Source: an uncultured virus (IMG/VR IMGVR_UViG_3300032221_000327)
Lineage: Duplodnaviria; Heunggongvirae; Uroviricota; Caudoviricetes
Direction: 5' to 3' (one strand)
IMG/VR virus record: IMGVR_UViG_3300032221_000327
Length of the DNA stretch: 20,000 nt
Under the pieces are notes generated by a model. It was given only the letters and a program-made list of their open reading frames with translations. It had not been told where the DNA came from and searched no databases. Shown here piece by piece: positions 15,448 through 20,000 of the stretch (positions within the stretch are counted from its first letter, which is position 1; every line of letters starts with the position of its first letter). Position numbers and translations under genes: made by a program.

Positions 15448-15661
15448 GGATGAAAGGGGCGAGGGAGAGAATCAGGGGCTGTGGAGCCTTTGGTTAAGTG
15501 ATACTCTCCCCGCACCGTGGCCAGCCTGGCATCTGCAGGCCATCAGTTCCAGCCGGGCCGCCCTGGATCTGCAGGCTCAGTCCATGCAGCGCCTAATCCC
15601 GAATCGCCGCCTCCGAGTGGAGCCTGGCCAGGAGCCACCTCGCTACCGGGCCAAGCTCTGA
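15434..15661 (+). CDS. hypothetical protein
   Basis: 75-aa ORF overlapping the previous gene end. Confidence 0.5.
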   Translation: MAVCEDERGEGENQGLWSLWLSDTLPAPWPAWHLQAISSSRAALDLQAQSMQRLIPNRRLRVEPGQEPPRYRAKL

Positions 15662-15773
15662 AACCAGGGGGGACGGCCTCTTCCGCGCCGAAATTGCGTG
15701 GTTTTCGGCCTGGAACAGTGACGAAAGGGGGCTTCGGCCCCCTTCCCTCTAATTCTTTTCCATCGCCTTTTCT

Positions 15774-16442
15774 ATGATGATTCACAATTTCACAAAGCTC
15801 AAGGCTGAAGTTGAAAAGCACGTTCGTGCTGACAAGGTAGTGCAGAGAATATATTGGGATTCGGAAAATCAGCGCGGCTGCTTTATTGGCTGCTTGGCCC
15901 ACAGCAGTAACCCATTCTTTATTGCTCGGGAATACGGCATCCCTGTGTCTGTTTTAGAGCTGGCGGAGTCAATCTTTGAGAGTCTTCCTGCCGATGAGGC
16001 TCCTAAGTTCTTCGCTGCATTTCCTGATGCCGTTGGTGGCGATGGAAAAGAATTACATGGTGTGCCGTTCCTGTTCCTGGCGGAACAACTGCGGCAAGTG
16101 CCGACAGACGGTGCCATGTTTCCAGTGGCCGTGCAGTCTGCGCTGGGCCGATGGGCCGATGGCTTGGAGCTTATAGCCAGAGACCAACCGTGGCGCGACT
16201 ATGAAGAGGCGAGGGCTGAACTGGCCTGGGTGCGGGGTAATGAGTCTTCTGCGTATGGGGAGCTGTGCGGCTCTCTGTGCGTAGAGGGCGATGATCCTGC
16301 CTTTGGTTGTCTGTATGGGGAAATGCAACGCTTTCTCGTACCCGGTTTGACGTATTTCTGTTCAGAAAGGCAAGCTCTAGCCATGCTGCAGCGCGACTTG
16401 CTGCTCAGGCTGGTGCGTGAGGCTCCCTACGTTGTCTCATAA
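15774..16442 (+). CDS. GCFIGCLAH-motif protein (paralogue of 11328..12014)
   Basis: Shared H..AD.VVQ..YWD....RGCFIGCLAHS, AESIFE.LPA, DGK.L, and C-terminal Q.DLLL.L...AP. Confidence 0.8.
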   Translation: MMIHNFTKLKAEVEKHVRADKVVQRIYWDSENQRGCFIGCLAHSSNPFFIAREYGIPVSVLELAESIFESLPADEAPKFFAAFPDAVGGDGKELHGVPFLFLAEQLRQVPTDGAMFPVAVQSALGRWADGLELIARDQPWRDYEEARAELAWVRGNESSAYGELCGSLCVEGDDPAFGCLYGEMQRFLVPGLTYFCSERQALAMLQRDLLLRLVREAPYVVS

Positions 16443-16630
16443 TGCTGTGCCCTGATTGCTCCTACTGTCTGGAGTGGACCCTGCGGGAACGCCCGCACGA
16501 TTCGCTCTATCGCAGCCTGTCGGTGCAGCAGGCTGAGACGTTCTGCCTTGACGACTGGCCGGATTACGACGCTGCTTCAATCCATTGCGATGGCTGCCCC
16601 GCCTGCCAGGGGCAGTGTGAAGAAATGTAA
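16442..16630 (+). CDS. small Cys-rich protein
   Basis: CPDCSYC ... CDGCPAC; TAATG overlap. Confidence 0.55.
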   Translation: MLCPDCSYCLEWTLRERPHDSLYRSLSVQQAETFCLDDWPDYDAASIHCDGCPACQGQCEEM

Positions 16631-16694
16631 CGATGGTGGGAAACTGAGGGGAGCCTGCCCGTTTGGCTGTATTGTTAGCTCAACGGGGAGACCC
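16614..16694 (+). promoter_or_regulatory. HLR1-like box, -10 TATTGT and 5' hairpin (copy A)
   Basis: Reverse-strand GTTACATT-TC-TTCACACT; GTATTGTTAGCTCAACGGGGAGACCC. Confidence 0.55.
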
Positions 16695-16712
16695 GCCTTT
16701 CGCCCGCTCGTC

Positions 16713-16976
16713 ATGACCACACTGCCCACCATCCACCTCAACGGCACTGGTGCCTCCACGCTGCTGGAGGAATACAGCAAAGTGGCCGAGGCCATTGCTG
16801 CTGCTACCACGGCTCTGGAGCAGGCCACCTGCAATGCCCGCGACTTCTACCCTCAAGAGCCTGGCAACTGGGAGAAAGCCCGCCAGGAGCGCACAGATGC
16901 CTTCGCCATGCTGCGCCAACTGCAGGACTACGCCGATGGCTGGCGGTTTCATGCTCACGACCGCTGCCGCCGGTAG
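16713..16976 (+). CDS. hypothetical phage protein
   Basis: Start ATG 16713; PTIHLNGT...NARDFYPQ..W..AR.ER motif. Confidence 0.75.
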   Translation: MTTLPTIHLNGTGASTLLEEYSKVAEAIAAATTALEQATCNARDFYPQEPGNWEKARQERTDAFAMLRQLQDYADGWRFHAHDRCRR

Positions 16977-17023
16977 TCGCCCCTCCCTCCCTCCCCCTCC
17001 TTTCCCTCCATCGCCACCTTCCA

Positions 17024-17308
17024 ATGACTGCCTCCAAAACCGCTCAAGTGCGCCAGTTCATCCGTTCCGCTGGAAGTACCATCGTTTCCGTCACTTTCCG
17101 CAAGGCTGACGGTACGCTCCGTTCGCTGCAGTTCAACCCCCGTGATCGGCAGGAAGTTAAGGGCACTGGCACGGCCACCAGGCCGCCTGAGATTGTCTGC
17201 TGCCGTGACTTCCGCATTGCTCGCACGCAAGGGCAAGGCGCCTGGCGTTCGTTCAACGCCGAGCGAGTGGTAACGCTCAGGGCCAATGGCAAAGAACTGG
17301 CTTTGTGA
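17024..17308 (+). CDS. WYL_2/DUF2693-like SH3 beta-barrel protein
   Basis: VSVTFRKADGTLR ... AWRSF motif. Confidence 0.65.
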   Translation: MTASKTAQVRQFIRSAGSTIVSVTFRKADGTLRSLQFNPRDRQEVKGTGTATRPPEIVCCRDFRIARTQGQGAWRSFNAERVVTLRANGKELAL

Positions 17309-17374
17309 ACTTTTGTAACAGCAGGGGCCGCAAGGCCCCTTTTGTCGTATTGTTGGTTCAACGGGGGCGACCCC
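17302..17374 (+). promoter_or_regulatory. HLR1-like box, -10 TATTGT and 5' hairpin (copy B)
   Basis: Reverse-strand GTTACAAA-AG-TTCACAAA; GTATTGTTGGTTCAACGGGGGCGACCCC. Confidence 0.55.
17323..17343 (+). terminator. intrinsic terminator
   Basis: GGGGCC-GCAA-GGCCCC-TTTT. Confidence 0.7.
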
Positions 17375-17392
17375 ACCACCACACCACCAGCC

Positions 17393-17674
17393 ATGACCAG
17401 CGCCATCGCTCCCAGCTCGATCTATGCCCAGATCCGCGAACGTGCCGCCAAAAGGCAAGTCGCCCACGATCGCAAGATTTTCAGAGAGGCTTGCGAACAG
17501 ATCGCCGCGCACATGGACGGCCTTGGATTTGCAGAGCTTTACAAGAGCGAATTGACTACAGAGATCAATCAATCCTGGTGCCGTATTTGGGATCACCTCA
17601 GCCCAAAGCGGGAAATCGCAGTGATTGAGTTCAAGGTGAAAGGGGTTGTCTACTGGCTCAATCGCGACTTCTGA
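17393..17674 (+). CDS. hypothetical protein
   Basis: Start revised to ATG 17393 (MTSAIAP). Confidence 0.7.
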   Translation: MTSAIAPSSIYAQIRERAAKRQVAHDRKIFREACEQIAAHMDGLGFAELYKSELTTEINQSWCRIWDHLSPKREIAVIEFKVKGVVYWLNRDF

Positions 17675-17680
17675 CCCCCC

Positions 17681-17714
17681 CCACGGCCCGCCGGGCGCCG
17701 CAAGCCCGGCAACC
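17681..17714 (+). repeat. 34-nt intergenic repeat, predicted pseudoknot (copy 1)
   Basis: 31/34 identical to 18643-18676. Confidence 0.85.
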
Positions 17715-17734
17715 CATCCCATTGCATTAACGCC

Positions 17735-18115
17735 ATGGTCAGGCCTGCTCCTGTCATTCAACGGGCACAAGATGGACCACATCAAGGCTGTCCCGTCCCT
17801 AGCCCGTGTCCGTTCTGCGGATTGTCTGATCACCTTCGGTTTGAGTTTTCTGGATCACAGGGCTACGTCGTGTGCGACGCCTGCGGCGCGATGGGGCCAA
17901 GCGACGAGCAAGCCGCCGACCCTCATTGCGATGTAGACGCTGCCTATATGGCCTGGAACAGACGTGCATGCGCAGCCAAAGAAGAGACCACGCAAATAAT
18001 TAGGTGGTTGAAATGGCAAGCAGAACAAGCATTCAACGCTGACATGCGAGAAGAAGCAGCCAAGATTGACCGCGCTGCCGAACTGCTTGCCCTCGCCGGT
18101 GGATTCAATGCCTGA
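17735..18115 (+). CDS. Lar-family restriction alleviation-like Zn-ribbon protein
   Basis: PCPFCG ... VVCDACGAMGP ... AWNRRA. Confidence 0.75.
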   Translation: MVRPAPVIQRAQDGPHQGCPVPSPCPFCGLSDHLRFEFSGSQGYVVCDACGAMGPSDEQAADPHCDVDAAYMAWNRRACAAKEETTQIIRWLKWQAEQAFNADMREEAAKIDRAAELLALAGGFNA

Positions 18116-18326
18116 CCCAACCAACGCCGAGCCACTTACCCTGGTAAGTCGAGTAACCCTTGCCATGTTTAGAACAGGCCCGCTATTTCAAGTCCCAACT
18201 GAAACTGAAGCTCAAGCCCGCGTCGCAATTCGTGAAGTAGCAGCTTGGCTGCGAGAAACCGACTCCAAATGGAATATGGGTGGTGATGCGGCAGCAATCG
18301 CAGACTTGCTCAATGACATTTCCTGA
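18108..18326 (+). CDS. hypothetical phage protein
   Basis: Start ATG 18108; LVSRV...AQARVAIREVAAWLR motif. Confidence 0.7.
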   Translation: MPDPTNAEPLTLVSRVTLAMFRTGPLFQVPTETEAQARVAIREVAAWLRETDSKWNMGGDAAAIADLLNDIS

Positions 18327-18454
18327 TGCCTAACCCCACCAACGCCGAACGCCAGCGCCGCTGGCGCGAACGCCGCAGGGCCGGCACCACATGGCAGCCG
18401 CTCATCTGCCAGTCATGCAACCACCGCCACACCGCCAGCCATGATCAGCCTTGA
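18326..18454 (+). pseudogene. probably truncated Zn-finger protein fragment (42 aa)
   Basis: MPNPTNAERQRRWRERRRAGTTWQPLICQSCNHRHTASHDQP*; only one CxxC, running into the repeated leader of the next gene. Confidence 0.4.
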
Positions 18455-18635
18455 GAAGATCGGGTACAGCTCCACCATCTACCGCGACAATGAAGCCGGC
18501 AAGGTTCGCGCTGAGGCAACGTTGGCTGTCGCAATCAAAACGGCATGTCCCGGTGAAACCTTTGACCTGTTCCACAATGGGCGCGGCTGGGTTGTTCGCA
18601 TGTTTGAGGATGGCGATTTCGTTCAGACCATCTGA
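18441..18635 (+). CDS. hypothetical protein
   Basis: 64 aa between the repeated leader and the repeated pseudoknot. Confidence 0.7.
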   Translation: MISLEKIGYSSTIYRDNEAGKVRAEATLAVAIKTACPGETFDLFHNGRGWVVRMFEDGDFVQTI

Positions 18636-18642
18636 CTTTGCT

Positions 18643-18676
18643 CCATGGCCCGCCGGGCGCCACAAGTCCGGCAACC
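18643..18676 (+). repeat. 34-nt intergenic repeat, predicted pseudoknot (copy 2)
   Basis: 31/34 identical to 17681-17714. Confidence 0.85.
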
Positions 18677-18703
18677 TTCCTCTTTCCTATCACTTCTCCT
18701 TCC

Positions 18704-18886
18704 ATGGCTACATTCTCCGCCCTGCTCCTGGCCCTGCTTCTACTGCCGCTTCTGGTGCTGTTGTGGGCCTCTGAAAGCCGCGAGCAGCGTGCTCGCCGCT
18801 GGCGCCAGCAAGGCATGAGCCAGCAGCGCATTGCTGATCGGCTGGGCTGCTCCCGCACCACCGTGCGGCGACTGTTGACTGTCTGA
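18704..18886 (+). CDS. membrane-anchored helix-turn-helix protein
   Basis: N-terminal Leu-rich TM helix, then GMSQQRIADRLGCSRTTVRRLL HTH. Confidence 0.8.
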   Translation: MATFSALLLALLLLPLLVLLWASESREQRARRWRQQGMSQQRIADRLGCSRTTVRRLLTV

Positions 18887-18926
18887 CGCCACTGTTTCCC
18901 CTCCATCGTTCTTTCTTCTGCTTCTC

Positions 18927-19361
18927 ATGTGCCTCTCTATTGCTATCAGTCGTCCCGATCACGTGCTTGCCAAGGGCGAGCACCTTGGCTTTCAGTGGGT
19001 GGTGACCCACAATGGGCATGGCTACCGTTGTGGCTATGTTCGTGTGCCGCTGGGCCATCGCTGGCATGGTGCCGATTGCGACGCTTTCGCGGTTGCTGCG
19101 GTTGATGTTCATGGAGGATTGACCTTTGCGGAGGCCGATGTGCCGTGTGACGCCCCCGGCCCAGATACTGATTGGTGGCTGGGTTTTGATTGCGCTCATC
19201 TTCGGGACGCTCCCGACCCTTCGCTGCTTGGCGTGTCCCCTGACTCTGGCCCGTTCTTCGAGGGGACCGTTGTGTGCTCGCAGGAATATGTAGAGGCACA
19301 ATGCCGGTCTCTCTGTGAGCAGGCTGCTGCTATTGCCCTTTCGCCTTCTTCCAATGATTGA
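18927..19361 (+). CDS. conserved phage protein with HGGLT/GFDCAH motifs
   Basis: GYRCGYV..P..H, VHGGLTF, WWLGFDCAH..D, EYV..QC..L..Q. Confidence 0.8.
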   Translation: MCLSIAISRPDHVLAKGEHLGFQWVVTHNGHGYRCGYVRVPLGHRWHGADCDAFAVAAVDVHGGLTFAEADVPCDAPGPDTDWWLGFDCAHLRDAPDPSLLGVSPDSGPFFEGTVVCSQEYVEAQCRSLCEQAAAIALSPSSND

Positions 19362-19788
19362 ATCATTCGTTTCTGCTTTTATGGCTGCAAAGCCTCGCCT
19401 TGAGGCTACTTTTGCAGCGCAGCACCCTGAAAGCTACAAAGACATTGTGCGGGCAGTTGTTGAAACACTGAATCCTGATGATGACTATGGCCTGCCCGAC
19501 TCTGAGCGTATCCATGTAATTGACGATGGTGAGTATCAGGGGACGCTTCTGTTTATCATTGCTGCGAATAGCTATCAGCCCAGTGACTATTGGTTTGTAA
19601 AGGTGAGCTATGGAAGCTGCAGTGCATGTGATACCCTTCAAAGTATTCGTGACGACTTTCCATGGGATGGCGATAGCGATGATGATAGCTTTGGCGCCAC
19701 TCCCACTCCAAGCCAAGTGGCGGGCTACATGACCCTTGCGCTGCATATTGTGCAGGGGCTGAAGAAGCTGGGGGACGGAAGCGCCTGA
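19354..19788 (+). CDS. conserved phage protein with YGSCSxCD motif
   Basis: Start ATG 19354; DDGEYQGTLLF and YGSCSACDTL. Confidence 0.75.
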   Translation: MIESFVSAFMAAKPRLEATFAAQHPESYKDIVRAVVETLNPDDDYGLPDSERIHVIDDGEYQGTLLFIIAANSYQPSDYWFVKVSYGSCSACDTLQSIRDDFPWDGDSDDDSFGATPTPSQVAGYMTLALHIVQGLKKLGDGSA

Positions 19789-19801
19789 CGGACCAGCAGC
19801 G

Positions 19802-19836
19802 TTGACAGGCCATGGCAGGGGCTGTATTGTGGGGAG
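19802..19836 (+). promoter_or_regulatory. sigma70-type promoter
   Basis: TTGACA-17nt-TATTGT-GGGGAG followed by hairpin AACAAGG-GCGAT-CCTTGTT. Confidence 0.7.
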
Positions 19837-19874
19837 AACAAGGGCGATCCTTGTTATTCCCACGCTCCCCCGTC

Positions 19875-20000
19875 ATGGCCTTTAAGCGCACCATCGTCAG
19901 CGGCAGCCCCCGCACTGCCACCGTTGACACCGGGAGAGGCTACGGCTTCTCCATCGCCTATTGCCCCCTGCGAGGGGCCTGGTTTGGCGAAGAATGGGAA
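19875..20000 (+). CDS. hypothetical protein (partial, runs off window)
   Basis: MAFKRTIVSGSPRTATVDTGRGYGFSIAYCPLRGAWFGEEWE...; open to the window end, downstream of a promoter. Confidence 0.55.
   Translation, partial: MAFKRTIVSGSPRTATVDTGRGYGFSIAYCPLRGAWFGEEWE

Noticed and set aside
16616..17319. CRP or NtcA sites
   Set aside because: TGTGA half-site lacks the TCACA partner and there is no GTA-N8-TAC; the direct-repeat HLR1 reading fits better
17672..18704. Pseudoknot as a stop-codon readthrough signal
   Set aside because: Copy 1 is in frame and stop-free to ATG 17735 (60 nt), but copy 2 is out of frame with ATG 18704 (68 nt), so it is not a general explanation

Overview
GC-rich, gene-dense phage-like DNA, most likely the replication/early region of a temperate or sipho-type phage of picocyanobacteria. 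The host is inferred from the cyanobacterial-style dCTP-deaminase homologue, two HLR1/RpaB-like boxes and small ORF families I recall from cyanophages. The left part (minus strand) holds an RHH regulator, a Sak3-like annealing protein, a PD-(D/E)XK exonuclease, a putative SSB, a dCTP-deaminase-like gene and an endonuclease, divergent from a Zn-finger/TOPRIM/SF4 primase-helicase. The rest is an accessory region of small genes: a terminase-small-subunit-like HTH, a GH-A-like TIM barrel, RlpA, Lar-like, WYL_2-like, a membrane-tethered HTH, two GCFIGCLAH paralogues and an Sm-like plus Gly-X-repeat gene pair, with many sigma70-type promoters and terminators. The most notable signals are: a repeated H-type RNA pseudoknot with a compensatory base change, lying in matching cassette flanks around unrelated ORFs; a ~165-nt structured ncRNA candidate with its own promoter and terminator; a Dcd homologue with both catalytic residues replaced by Cys; and host-type HLR1 boxes on two related promoters. 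No tRNA, CRISPR array, integrase or reverse transcriptase was seen. Family names come from motif recognition by eye and need HMM confirmation.
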